A stretch of 64,000 bases of DNA from Takakia lepidozioides (lineage: Eukaryota; Plantae; Bryophyta): NCBI GenBank assembly GCA_030704615.1, contig CM060731.1:70742001-70806000 (forward strand), written 5' to 3'. The notes under the pieces are model-generated. The model made no database searches and was not told the DNA's origin. It worked only from the letters and a program-made list of their open reading frames with translations. Positions 10,990-22,119 of this stretch are shown piece by piece. Position numbers and translations under genes: made by a program. The number at the start of each line of letters is the position of its first letter. Positions within the stretch are counted from its first letter, which is position 1.

Positions 10990-11946
10990 GAGATTTGTTT
11001 GCTAGAACTGTTTGGAGGCATGAGCACTGGGCTTGCAGGAGTGTTGCAAGCAGGGATTAAAGTACGCAAGTACTTGTATGTGGAGAAGGATGAGATAGCT
11101 CGGCATAAATCTATGCGCCACATCGCCTTGCTCGCACACCGGTATCTGAGTTGTTGCCTCTCTCAGCAATTCAAGGGTATCAAAAGGCCTTGCCAGCAGA
11201 CATTACATTGTTGGGGGCGGATGGTTTGGACCGATATGGTTCCATTGACTTGGTGATAGCTGGATGGCATTGCCAAGGACACTCTCCTGCAGGTCATGGG
11301 AATGGCTTGCATGATGCACGATCGCATTTGTTTTGGGAGATGTTGCGAGTGTTGCGGGACTTGCAGACGAGGCAAATGCAACCTCTAGGCTATATCTTGG
11401 AGAATGTTAAAGGAGATTCTTGGGCCAGGGTAATGGCCAGTGTGCATCAGGTGCGGTCTTGGATTGGATCGGCGGTGTTATTGGATGCAGCAGCGGTGGG
11501 ATCACGCGCGTCGACCTCGATTGTGGTGGATCAATCTTGCACCACCAAAGCTGCTCAAGAGAGCATACGATTCCATTCATCGGCCACCCAATCTCACGGT
11601 TGAGGGCATTTTGGACCAAGGGAGACAACCACAGAGGGTGCGACATGATGACCATCCACCTCTAGCAGTGGTCAATTGAGTGGGGCAGCCACATGCGGCC
11701 TTGCCTACGCTCATGAGCTTTCCCTCGTCTCATGCTTTTCGAGACAATGGTCCTGGATTGATTTGGGACAGTGTGCTACAGCAATTGGTGGAGCCCAATG
11801 CGGATGAGCGAGAGCGGGCAATGGGATTTGCCACCGACACTACAGATGTGCCAGCTCTGTCAGAGGCATCACGCCGCCAAGTGTTGGGTCAAGCAATGGA
11901 TCTAAATGGCTTGATATGGATAATTGGCTTGTGCATGGCTGAGCAA
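10990..11946 (+). pseudogene. C5 cytosine DNA methyltransferase domain, DNMT3-like, embedded in pol between protease and RT
   Basis: Motif I LELFGG, II YVEKD, III ADIT, IV IDLVIAGWHCQGHSPAG (catalytic Cys codon 11271-11273; PC appears as HC), GLHDARSHLFWEMLRVL, VI YILENV, VIII VLLDAAAVGSRA(fs)RPRLWWINL, IX ERERAMGFATDTTDV, X SRRQVLGQAMDL. Two frameshifts and one TGA (11677). Confidence 0.92.
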
Positions 11947-12449
11947 TGGAGATTGCAAGCATTGATGGCTACTTTTGCACTCCCATTGGATAGTGCATCC
12001 TCCCTGCCAACCGAGACGGTTGAGGCAATGAGTGGGGGCGAGCACAGGATCGTGGGTTACAAACACCCATGACAGATGTGGGATGAGATGCGCAAAGAGA
12101 GAGTCATTGGATCTCTCAAGCAGCAGTATGAGGAGTGGGGAGAGCCATGGACTGAGGATCAGTTGGAGGCCAAGGTGGCCAAGGTTTTTGAAGAGGTTGA
12201 GAATGTTTCATGCTCAGATGATGTTCTCAAGGTGGCTATGGCGGAGCAAGTGGAGGCTACGCCACAGTTAGATTAGGCGGACAAGGCCCAAGAGGTTGTT
12301 ATCTAGCAACCAAAGGATTCGTCTCCTACCTCCAAGCCTAGTGTACCCAAGGTTGCAGTCACTGAGGACAATTGGGAACCAGATGTTGGACCTACAGTCA
12401 TCGGAGGAGAGAGACGGAGGATCCAGCGATTTCTAAGGGCTTATAGGAA

Positions 12450-13750
12450 TTGCTTTGCCTTCGGATTGAAGGATTTGGGGAGTTTGAAGGGTTAGGAGAT
12501 TTGTATTGATTTGGCAAGTGACACGCCAATCTTTCGAAGGCCCTACCGGTATAGTGACATAGAGAGGTCATTGATCCAGTCACGGACTATGAAGTTGTTC
12601 GAAGCTGGATTGGTGGAGTTGTCAGGTGGGGAGTATGCCTCGGCAACGGTGATGCCAGCTAAGAAGGATATCTATGGCAATTGGACAGAAAGAAGGATGT
12701 GTGGAGACTATCGTCCTGTGAACCGTCAGATTAAGTCCAATAGATATGAGGAGATCGTTGGTGCCATTGGGCATACAAAGGTGTTTAGCACATTGGACTT
12801 GCGATCCGGTTACCACTAGTTGCCAATCAAAGAGGCTGACAAGCAAAAGACGACATTCTGGGGGATTGATCAACATGGGAAGGATTGTTTGTACCAATGG
12901 CGGTTCTTACCGTTTGGGTTGAAGAATGCTCCTGCAGAGTTTCAGAGGGTCATGGATAGGATTCTCGCGGGGCTATCGTCTTTAGTGCTACGGTTGAGGA
13001 GCATGAGAGACACCTTCAGGTGGTGTTTGAGCGCTTGAGAGCGCACGGGTTGAAACTGCACCCCGGAAAGTGCAAGTTCTTCCACAATCAGATTGAGTAT
13101 TTGGGCCACATGATATACCCTAGAGGATTGGGTGTTCAACAGACAAAGGTGGAGGCCAATGCATGTATTCTACGCCCCATGGATGTGAGCAGAGTTCGTG
13201 TTTTCATGGGATTGGCAAACTACTATCGACGGTTTGTCAAGGGATTTAGTAGCATTGCAAAGGCTCTTACCAAGTTGACCAAGGTGGGTCAGGAGTGGCA
13301 GTGGGAGGAGGAGCAGGAGGAAGCCTTTGAGGAACTCAAGGCTCGATTGACTTCTGCACCTATTCTGAGGCGGCCTATTCGGGGGCGGCCTTTCCAGCTA
13401 TATACGGATTGGAGTATGCTGGGGATTGGAGCAGTGCTCACACAGGTAGGTGATGAGGGAAGAGAGTTTGTAGTGGCATATGCTAGCCGCTCGAACAATG
13501 ATGCCGAGGCGAAGCATAGTTCCTATGAATGGGAGTGTCTAGCTGCGGTATGGGCAGTGACACATTTCAGATGCTACCTATGGCAATCTCTTCACTTTTG
13601 TCACAGATCACCAACCGTTGAAGTGGTTGATGGAGTCAGACAAGCTTACAAGGAAGCTTGCACGGTGGGCACTTATGCTTCAAGAGTACGACTTCCAGGT
13701 GGTGCATCGAGTCGGTATTGTCAATGGGGATGCAGATGGATTGAGTCGTA
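12450..13750 (+). pseudogene. Reverse transcriptase and RNase H of pol (degenerate; YxDD motif deleted)
   Basis: PIFRRPYRYS...RRMCGDYRPVN...LDLRSGYH*L...LPFGLKNAPAEFQRVMDRIL, then a jump directly to IVFSATVEEHERHL (YIDD missing near 12975), KLHPGKCKF..YLGH. RNase H: FQLYTDWSMLGIGAVL..VVAYASR..ECLAAVWAV..TDHQPLKWL..DADGLSR. Confidence 0.93.
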
Positions 13751-13812
13751 ATCCATGCACTAGCGAGCATGATGATACTTGAGCTCGGTGGCATAGTGAG
13801 ACGGATGAGGAG

Positions 13813-15245
13813 ATGGTGCCAGGATGGCATGCATCGGCCTTTTTGTGCATTCTAGCAATGGGAGCTCAAGCTGGTCCATCCCATGCGATTGATCATGTAG
13901 ATAGCGTGCATGATGATCTAGAGACTAGTGAGGAATTTGGTGGTGCTGAGGATGTACATGAAGATGCAGCAGTGTTGGCATATCTTCATACCGGAGAGAT
14001 AGCAGCCAGTGTGACTGCTAAGGAGAATGATTGGGTCCTACAACAAGCCAAGAGGTTCAAGTGGGAGGGGACTCACCTACTCCAGGTATGGGAGGATGCA
14101 CGAGTGAGGATTGTGCCTCATCCAACACAACGAGCGCGATTGGTACGCCATGCCCATGAGGAGTTGGGACATTTTGGGGTTCAGCGCACTCATAGTTTGC
14201 TGCAAGGGCGGTATTGGTGGCGGGGCATGCACACGGATGTGCAACAGTTAGTGGCAAGGTGTATGGTGTGTGATAGAGTGCGGGCTTCTTTCAACGCCCC
14301 TACTCCACAATTGCATCCTTTACCCATTATGGGTTTGGGCTATCGTTGGAGTCTTGACTTCGCAGGCCTATTGCCATTGACGATTCGCCACAACAAATAT
14401 GTGCTGGTGATGGTGGAACACTTCTCCAAATGGATTGAACTGGTGGCATTGTCTAACAAGGCAAGTGAGGGGGCTGCGTATGCATTCTTAGATCGAGTGC
14501 TTAGCCATTTTGGTGCTCCAGCCGAGGTACTCCCGGACCAGGGGAGAAAGTTCTTGGGGGAGTTTCAGGCTTTGTGTGAGCAAGCCTTGATAGATCACCG
14601 CACTACTTCTCGGGATCATCCCGAGGCTGATGGCTTGGCGGAGAGAGTTGTTCAGACAGTCAAGAGAGGTTTGCGCAAGTACGGTTTGCAGAAGGGACAC
14701 CTAGGAGATTGGGACCTTCAACTGCCTTGGCTAGCTATGGGCTATAGGTTCAGCAAACAAGCTTCACTTGCCTCCTTCTCACCTTACTTTCTTCTCTTCG
14801 GCCGAGAGCCGGATTTGCCTGCATCTATTCGCAAGGAGGCTGCAATAGTTCTCAACCTTGATGATCCGGATGTGTGGACACAAGCATGTGCCCAACGGGC
14901 AGAGTTGTTCAAGAGAGTCATGCCTATGGCTTTTGAGAACCTTGCTATTGCCCAACACCGAGACACATTGAGGTACGCCACTATACGTGGAGGGGGATAT
15001 CGGCCAAGTGTTTGTTTTCACCCTGTGGACTATGTGTATCTACAGCAGACAACACCTACAACCTTGGATGTCACCGCAGGACGTGTGATTCTAAGGGTCA
15101 GGGAGGTGTTGCCTTCAGGAGTGTTGATTCTGGAGGGTCGAGATGGCATGGTATGGAAGGACCATGTGCGCAATTGTGCGCCATGTCACATTCCACATGT
15201 GGATAGGAGGATAGATCCTAACCTTGCAGTGGTACCTGCAGGGTT
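13813..15245 (+). pseudogene. DDE integrase of pol
   Basis: HHCC zinc finger (HAHEELGHFG...CMVCDR) and catalytic core WSLDFAG...VLPDQGRKF...ADGLAERVVQTVK; SPYFLLFGREP. Confidence 0.93.
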
Positions 15246-15246
15246 G

Positions 15247-15395
15247 CGTTGCATGCTATGTGGGCATGCACAAATGTTGGTGTGTTGGTGTGTGACAAAT
15301 GCTCAAGGGGGTAGCACATGGGATGCTTGACACCGCCACTTGAGGAGGTTCCTATCGGAGAATGGTTGTGTCCACGATGCCTTGGACAGAGGTAG
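15247..15395 (+). pseudogene. PHD finger at the integrase C-terminus
   Basis: CMLC (15250-15261), then a frameshift, then [31 protein letters not shown]: a C4HC3 PHD consensus. Stop at 15393-15395. Confidence 0.88.
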
Positions 15396-15641
15396 TGGGC
15401 ATGACAATGGTGAGGTGGACAAGTGACCCAAGGTCTAGCTAGTGGGGCTTCAATGCCATGGATACTCAACTGAAGCTCATGGATTGTATGAAGGCGACTA
15501 ACGATGGGGCTACGTTTGTACCCGACCTCTTGATCTATCGACTTCAGGTGTTGGGACTTGTGCGATTGAAGAACAAACGATGATCTTATTGGGGTGGATA
15601 CTTGCAAGCTATCCGGTGTTAGAGGGACCTAATCACCAGCT

Positions 15642-15651
15642 AGGGGGATGA
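15642..15651 (+). promoter_or_regulatory. Polypurine tract
   Basis: AGGGGGATGA directly before repeat B1, not before A2. Confidence 0.7.
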
Positions 15652-15737
15652 TTGTGGCGTGGCTTTCTAGGACTATATGCTAGGAAGTGTGGTTGGACAA
15701 CGATGTATGTTGTGGCACGATGCTTAGGTGCACGACA
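15652..15737 (+). repeat. Repeat B1
   Basis: 86 bp TTGTGGCG...GCACGACA; one mismatch against 16088-16173. Confidence 0.95.
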
Positions 15738-15739
15738 GC

Positions 15740-16087
15740 TGTCATGGTTTTATTTGTGATTAGTTAGAAATAGTTATTTCTAACTAATTAGGACATTATA
15801 CATTTATATTTGTATTTTGTTGGCATTGGGACTTCATTTGGTTCCATGTGCCAAGTGAGGTGGCGAACCTCACTTGGGACGTGGGGAGGTTATCTCCACG
15901 TGAGACGTAGGCAGGCTCGTCTTCTTCTAGTCGAGCCTCCCGAGGCCTCTCTTGCCGCCATAGCTCTAGTACTTGAGATGGAGAGTGGGCGAGGTCTGTA
16001 TGGTGGAGTCCTTTAGTAAAGGTGCCATTGGCTTGACTTATATAACGTGATAGAGTGGTTTCTCCTCTTTTCACCATTTCCGTATCA
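15740..16087 (+). repeat. Repeat A2
   Basis: Copy of 6472-6819, separated from B1 by the dinucleotide GC (15738-15739). Confidence 0.95.
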
Positions 16088-16173
16088 TTGTGGCGTGGCT
16101 TTCTAGGACTATATGCTAGGAAGTGTGGTTGGACAGCGATGTATGTTGTGGCACGATGCTTAGGTGCACGACA
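16088..16173 (+). repeat. Repeat B2 (right terminus of the insertion)
   Basis: Copy of B1, fused directly to the A2 end (…GTATCA|TTGTGG…) and followed by target duplication CCTT. Confidence 0.95.
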
Positions 16174-16177
16174 CCTT

Positions 16178-18480
16178 AGGTTTCAATAGACTATCATAAT
16201 AATCTTTGCACCGTCGTTGAGTTACTTCAATACTTTGTAATGCTTGCCGCCGAAGTTCGTCCATCTTCACCAATTGCAAGAGCCTAGCCTTTACTGATTC
16301 ACGATCTCCCAACCGTTCGTGCCACACAATGCGTAATGAGGGAATCTCCAACTGAATAGACAATATCGTTTCCTGTCTATATACCAATTGAAAAGGTGTG
16401 AAACCTGTTGTGACCTAAACGCAAGACGATAGGCCCATAAAGCAGAAAATAATTTTGTATTCTAATCGCTCCCATGCCCAATATGGTCCAGTGGCGCTTG
16501 GGTGATATGGTGTTGTCTTTCGATGCTTGGTCATGTATTTATCTGTCAATTGCTCAATATTGGAATTCAGAAAGTGCGTACCCCTATCACTGACTGACCA
16601 ACTCCTGAGGACATCCAAACCGCAATATGATATTCTCATAAAGAAATTGAGCTACCACCTTGGCTGTATTAGTTCGTGTGGCCAAGGCTTCGGCCCATTT
16701 AGTCACATATTCGGTTGCCACTAGAATATAGTGCTTCATTCCTCAATGCAGCAGATATTGGGCCCATAAAATTCGATACCCCACTTATCAGATGGTACTT
16801 TTGCTAGAATCGGAGTTAATGGCATTGAACTAAACTTCACTGGCTTCCCGACGTGTTGATATGCATCACACTTCCTCACATAAGCATATGCATCCTGAAA
16901 TAAGATAGGCCACCGATAGCCAGCCAAGAGCACATTGCGCCCTGGCATCGCTTGCAAAATGTCCACCACATCAATCAGTGTGACAGCCCGGCCCTCCAGT
17001 ACACGGGGTATTTCAGCCAAAGTCACACACTGTCGTAAATCTCCATCTTTTCCCATTTTAAACAATGTGCTGCGTACTATGTTATAGGGTCGAGCATGCT
17101 CTGCCAAGCGACATTGGTCCTTCAAAGATGCTCATTCGGGATATATTTGCAAGGATAAATAATTGAATATATATGTATATTCACTCGTAAGCACATCCAC
17201 CACAAACAAGGCAGCATCCGGAAGGTTAGGGACAACACATATTTCTTGCGATAATCAACTCATGAAATGATCAGCATTGACATGTTTCTTGCTAACCTTG
17301 AAATCATTTTAAAACTCTTGAAGTAGAATAACCAATCGAGCTATTTGCCCACGTAGCTGCAATTTATTCACCAAATACTTCAAAGCATCATGATCTACAT
17401 GAAAAACAAAGGCGTAACCCAACTAATAATGGCGAAACTTATGTACTAAATAAATCATTCCCAAAGCTTCCCGCTCAATATTACTATAATTAGTCTCCAC
17501 CACTATCAATTGACGACTAGCAAAATAAATAGGATGATCAAAAGTTTTTTCATCTTTTTGACTTAAAACACAAAATTAGAAGCATCCACATACACCTGAA
17601 TTTTTTTCTGCCAATCAAGGGGTACCAACATGGGTGCTCCTGTCAACCTGAATTTAAGGTCTTAAGAAAATCGAATATTGTCATTTGACCAAATAGCGTC
17701 TTGGTCCTGCCGCAATAACGTTGTCAAAGGGACGCGATCATAACATGCCGATGAATTAATCTGCAATAGTACCCCACATGGCCCAGAAATGCTCTGACTT
17801 GGGTTATTGTAGTTGGTATTGGCAATTGCACAATAATCTCCACCTTAGTAGGATTAGTCGATATCACTATAATCGACACAATATGCCCCAATAATTTACC
17901 TTTGATAACCAAGAATTGGCTCTTTCCAGCAATTAGGGAACCCCATATTCACTGCATTTCTCAAAACACATTTACAACATTTCTGCATGAGTACTCCGAC
18001 TACTACAACCACAGAAGTCATCCAAGGATATTTTCATAAACAATCGTAAGTAGTCTTGGAATGCAACCCTCATTACCCGTTGGAAAGTGGTTGTAGCAAA
18101 AGTTCCCCAATCAATAGTAAAGGTGGTCTTGGGTGTATGCTCTTTCGCAATTGATATTTGATTGTACCCAAAGATTCCATCCAAGAACGAATAGCGTTCA
18201 TGACCGGACGTCCAATATGCAATGGAAGGGTAATGGAAAATACTCATTTTTATTGACTGCATTTAATTTTTGAAAGTCTTGGCAAATTCTTATTTTTCCA
18301 TTCTTCTTAGGAACCATCACTATAGGAGACAGCCAGTCACTATGGGGCACCGGATAAATAAACCCTATCTTCAACAACTTATCCAACTCCTCCTCGAGTA
18401 TTTGGTATTCAACTGGTATTTGGTATTGACGTTGTCGCACATGTACGGCACCATCCTCCCAGATAATGCGGTGTTCGCAA
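16178..18480 (-). mobile_element. Older Athila-like (non-chromoviral) gypsy pol relic: RT-RH-INT, 5' truncated
   Basis: EELDKLLKIGFIYPVPHSDWLSPIVMVPKKNGKIRICQDFQKLN..YFPLPF; GHERYSFLDGIFGYNQI; MKISLDDF; LLGHIVS; GYRWPILFQDAYAYVRKCDAYQ; KWGIEF; SDRGTHFLN; TTPYHP. Many stops and frameshifts. Confidence 0.88.
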
Positions 18481-18481
18481 A

Positions 18482-19500
18482 TTGTTGAATGAACTCCCTG
18501 AATCTGGAAAAGTCTTCACTCAAATTCTATCAAAGACTGAGGTAAATTCGATATTGCAGGTGCCCACTTTTACTAACGTCGGTGCAAAAATGGCAAATCA
18601 GTATTTCAATGAAATTGGCAAACAGGTTAGGCCCAGTGAAATTTTGGAGATCTGTGATAGGAAGGGGTCACCCAGGCAGGTTACAGTGCCATCTACAAGA
18701 AGTTTAAAGGTGCTGTAAAAGTTGCGGCCAAAGGGATGAGAGTAGGATGTCTGCCCAATCCACATCAAGTGTCAAAATTGCGCAAGGAATTGAATTCAAA
18801 GCTATAGGACTTTGTAGGTGAATACTACCACTTGAACAACAGCCTTGAAGTTCCTAAAAAAGTCAAGAACGGTGAAAAGAAGGAGGTCACTCGTGTGACA
18901 CTATCAAAACACAATTCTTTTTTCGATGATGTGGAGTAGGTGCAGCGTACCATGGTTGAATTGTATGAGATCACACTTGCTGCTAAGTTTCCTACACTCT
19001 GCACCTATAAATTTTGTTTTTTTAATCTTCAATTTTGTATATTCTTAGTATTGATTGCTTGGATTTTGATTTTACAGAATTGAAGAGGAGCCTGCTACTG
19101 TTTGTCTTAAAGCTTAATGAGGCAGAGATCATTCATGCCTAAAAGTTGGAAAGAGTGAGTATTACACTCATGAACCATGCATTAGACCCATCCGTCACTC
19201 ATGATAGTGAAAAATATTTCAGTGTGCAAAGCTAGAGGGAGATTTGGCCTGTAGCTTGTTTTCAAGTGGCAAAGGAGAACACAGAGGTTCTAAATTGGGT
19301 GTTCCAACAAACCAAGCTTCATTCGCTAATTCAAGCCCAGGAAGATGGGCAACTTCTTCACATTCCAGGTTTTGGTGATTACAAGGTGGAGTGGCATATG
19401 GCAGCTGACATGAAGACAATAAAGGCAATGTTCGGTTTGAAGGGAGGTGCAAATAGTTTGCATTTTTGCATTTATGCATGTAGGAGAGAGTTAAATCTGT
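18482..19500 (+). pseudogene. RAG1/Transib-like (CMC/Chapaev-related) DDE transposase relic with a probable intron (~18983-19077)
   Basis: VLKLNEAEII...SVQS*REIWPVACFQVAKENTEVLNWVF...VEWHMAADMKTIKAMFGLKGGANSLHFCIY(C). Resembles the P...F..KE segment and the D-x-K...GL...C-x2-C block of Transib/RAG1/Chapaev transposases. Confidence 0.55.
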
Positions 19501-20237
19501 ACATGGGACCATGAAAGACACTGCTGCTGCAATTATGTCTAGGCAAAATGTTTTTCTTGAAAAAATCTAGAATTTCAGTACAGTAGTAAAATATATAACT
19601 AATGCTTAGTAACTTGTTTGTCTTATCACCAATTCTTAACTATATAGTGATAAAACAATCAAAAGTGTCACCAATGAAAACAATAGTCAGACCTCACTTG
19701 TAGGAAAACCCATTATGTGTTATAGTGTGGTTATGCTAGCCCCTCTCTTTGTGAGATCATACGTCTCACTGTCTCACTGCAAAGACTTTGGATGAGCCTT
19801 TAAATGGGAAAAACACCATAGTAAAACAGGAATCTCCTTTGGGAACACTTACTGACAAAAGAGGGATCAGATTGCAACTGAATACAACTATGGAAGAGAA
19901 ATATGTGCATGGTTTTCATAAGATTCTACAACGTTATGATACAAGACAATTTCATGGATGAATATGTAGCACTGATGAAATCTTGTCATGATCAGTTAAT
20001 TAGTTTTGCCAACCACGTTTCGCCGAGGGTATATGCTTTACCTTTGGCTATTCTACGAGGTTTAATGTATAATCAGCCAATTTGGTTGATTGAGCAAATC
20101 TAGGTCACCAAAGAGAATTCCGACTGTAAAACCACCACAAACCGAACTTAACTTCTAGTTTGAGTTGATTGTTTGGTAATGAGTGCAGTCCATAATACTT
20201 GATTTGAGGGTGAACAATTACTAGAGAAAAGATATAA

Positions 20238-20710
20238 GGGCCACTTTAGACTATGGTCCAAGACAAAGATCAACTCAAAATGCAATGACTCTATTGGACG
20301 AGGGCATTTTCTTGGTCATATTGGCTTTATACTACACACCAAGACCAAGACACTTAGGAATGACATGGCAACTAAGTGATGTTGACTATGGCGGGAGATT
20401 CTTGGTCTAGGGACCAAGAAAGGAACCCATGTAGTTTGGAGGACCAATTCTTGGACCATGGACCAAGTATGGAAACATTTGAATGATCCGTGACCGTCCG
20501 TCAGTTTCAATCTTGAATGTCGAGTGGCAAAGATCAACGTGATGGAAGCTGATACACCTCCTTGTAAGTGTCTTGGTCTTGGTCCCAAAGCCTTTACACA
20601 CACCCACTTTGGTCCTTAAGATATTAATATTTTAATATGCATCTAGGGACCAATATTTGAACCAATTTGAAGCAAATTTCTTGGTCTTGGTTCCTAGTCT
20701 AAAGAGGCAT
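20238..20710. mobile_element. MITE, possibly PIF/Harbinger-like
   Basis: Imperfect ~30-bp terminal inverted repeats GCCACTTTAGACTATGGTCCAAGACAAAGA / TCTTGGTCTTGGTTCCTAGTCTAAAGAGGC, internal CCAAGA/TCTTGG repeats, TAA on the left; right TSD degraded. Confidence 0.5.
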
Positions 20711-20744
20711 GAGACATTTGACTAACTACAACAATTGGGGATAT

Positions 20745-22118
20745 TTGGTTATATGGAACAAGTTAGATATATAAAGAACTTGTGTGTTATAAGCGCTATA
20801 TATGCAGGAGGTGTGCTCCTGATGTCTAGGAGAAAGAGAGAAAGAGAGTGTACTTGAAAGAGAATAGTTTCTGAATACTCTAATGCACAGTTAAGAAAGT
20901 ATGACATTTATATATGCAATTAAATCATGTCATACTTGATTAGGTTCCCTGGGCACTCCCAATGGAAACAAAATGTGAGAGGGTGGAGGCCGGCTCTGTA
21001 CATATTCCTTAAGAAAGAGATTGATTGTATGGATCATCGATATACAAATTTTGTCAGATGAAAGAGGACTATGGTATGTAGTGGAAGGCACAACACCCAA
21101 GCCTGTGGTTATATGGGATAGTAGGGAAGGGCCAAGAGTGCAATCTTGGAAATGTTAAGTAGTGATCATCTGCATCTCTCGCAGGAACTACTACATCTCA
21201 TGAAGCATAGGAGCAATTTGCTGCCACATTTCATGCCAAAAGTGTAGGTTATAAATTTCTATGCTCAGAGGATGTTAGAGGGTGATACTGTAGGACAGCA
21301 TGTTATTAAATTTCATTCAAAGCGATTGGTATCAATTGGTACAACCTTACAAAAATTAGATGCAGCTGCAGGTATTAACTACCCTAAATGAGTTATATAA
21401 AGGTCTTATACAATTACTGCATTGCAATGCTAATCTTCCACTTCTTATGGAAGAGGCAATGTAAAAATATAGTAAAAAAACTACACACCCACAAGCTATT
21501 GCGTCGTCATATGTCAACAAATCCATAGAAAAGTGTTGGACAAGGAAAATCTACCAATTCAAAAGTAGGGAAGTGCCACTTTTGTGGTAATGTTGGACAT
21601 TTGACCATGACTGATGGAAGCAAATAGTTCTTGAAAAGAAAGAGGAAGACACAAAGACTGAAGCAAATGTTGAGAAGGCTGAAAAAGAAGATAATAATTT
21701 CAAATTTCGAAGTTTCAAGGAGATTTTCAAGTGAATACTCTTTTGGACATGGACCACAAGAAGGAGCTTCGTCAGTAGGAATCTGACATCAAAGATTATT
21801 GAAATAACTAGTTAAGGGGGAGTGAAGAAATATAAAACCTCAAGATTTAGTAACTTTCGAAGTGAGTGTGAATATTCACTACAAATAAGCTACTAAGAGG
21901 TTGCAGTGGCAGACGATAACTAAGTGCTTATGTGGAGGTTACATGCAACTGTTATATGAAACAAGTCCTATATATAAAGAACTTGTACTATAAGCACTCT
22001 ATATATCTGGGGAGGTGTGCTCCACATGTGGAAGTCAGACAGTGTTTGTGGGACAGAGAAGAGTTTCTGAATACTCTCACAATGTGCAGTTAATAAAGTA
22101 TGACATGTATATATTTGT
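20745..22118 (+). mobile_element. Internally deleted Ty1/copia relic
   Basis: Diverged direct repeats ~20749-20915 and ~21951-22115; copia gag-like remnants (~21000-21450); copia-type PPT AAGGGGGAG followed by TG at 21823. Confidence 0.6.
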
Positions 22119-22119
22119 T

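Larger units (their letters stand above)
6472..16173 (+). mobile_element. Ty3/gypsy-type retrotransposon with DNMT3-like methyltransferase, integrase PHD finger and split (A1-internal-B1-A2-B2) termini; decayed copy
   Basis: Ends TGTCATG...CACGACA (7-bp inverted repeat, 1 mismatch). Flanks CATT (6468-6471) / CCTT (16174-16177). Domain order gag-PR-DNMT-RT-RH-INT-PHD. Repeats A (348 bp x2) and B (86 bp x2). Multiple stops and frameshifts. Confidence 0.92.

Noticed and set aside
10990-11946. Host DNMT3/DRM gene or bacterial restriction-modification contamination
   Set aside because: It is intronless, has no PWWP/ADD/UBA domain and no restriction partner, and is colinear with PR and RT inside the element.
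6472-16087. Ordinary LTR element with A1/A2 as LTRs and B as incidental sequence
   Set aside because: There is no PPT before A2 and no TSD after A2. The host reading frame and TSD are restored only when B2 is included.
6472-16173. DIRS/PAT/Ngaro tyrosine-recombinase element (suggested by split repeats plus a methyltransferase)
   Set aside because: It has a protease, an HHCC/DDE integrase, TG...CA ends and a TSD. No tyrosine recombinase was seen, and the MTase is C5-cytosine rather than Dam-like.
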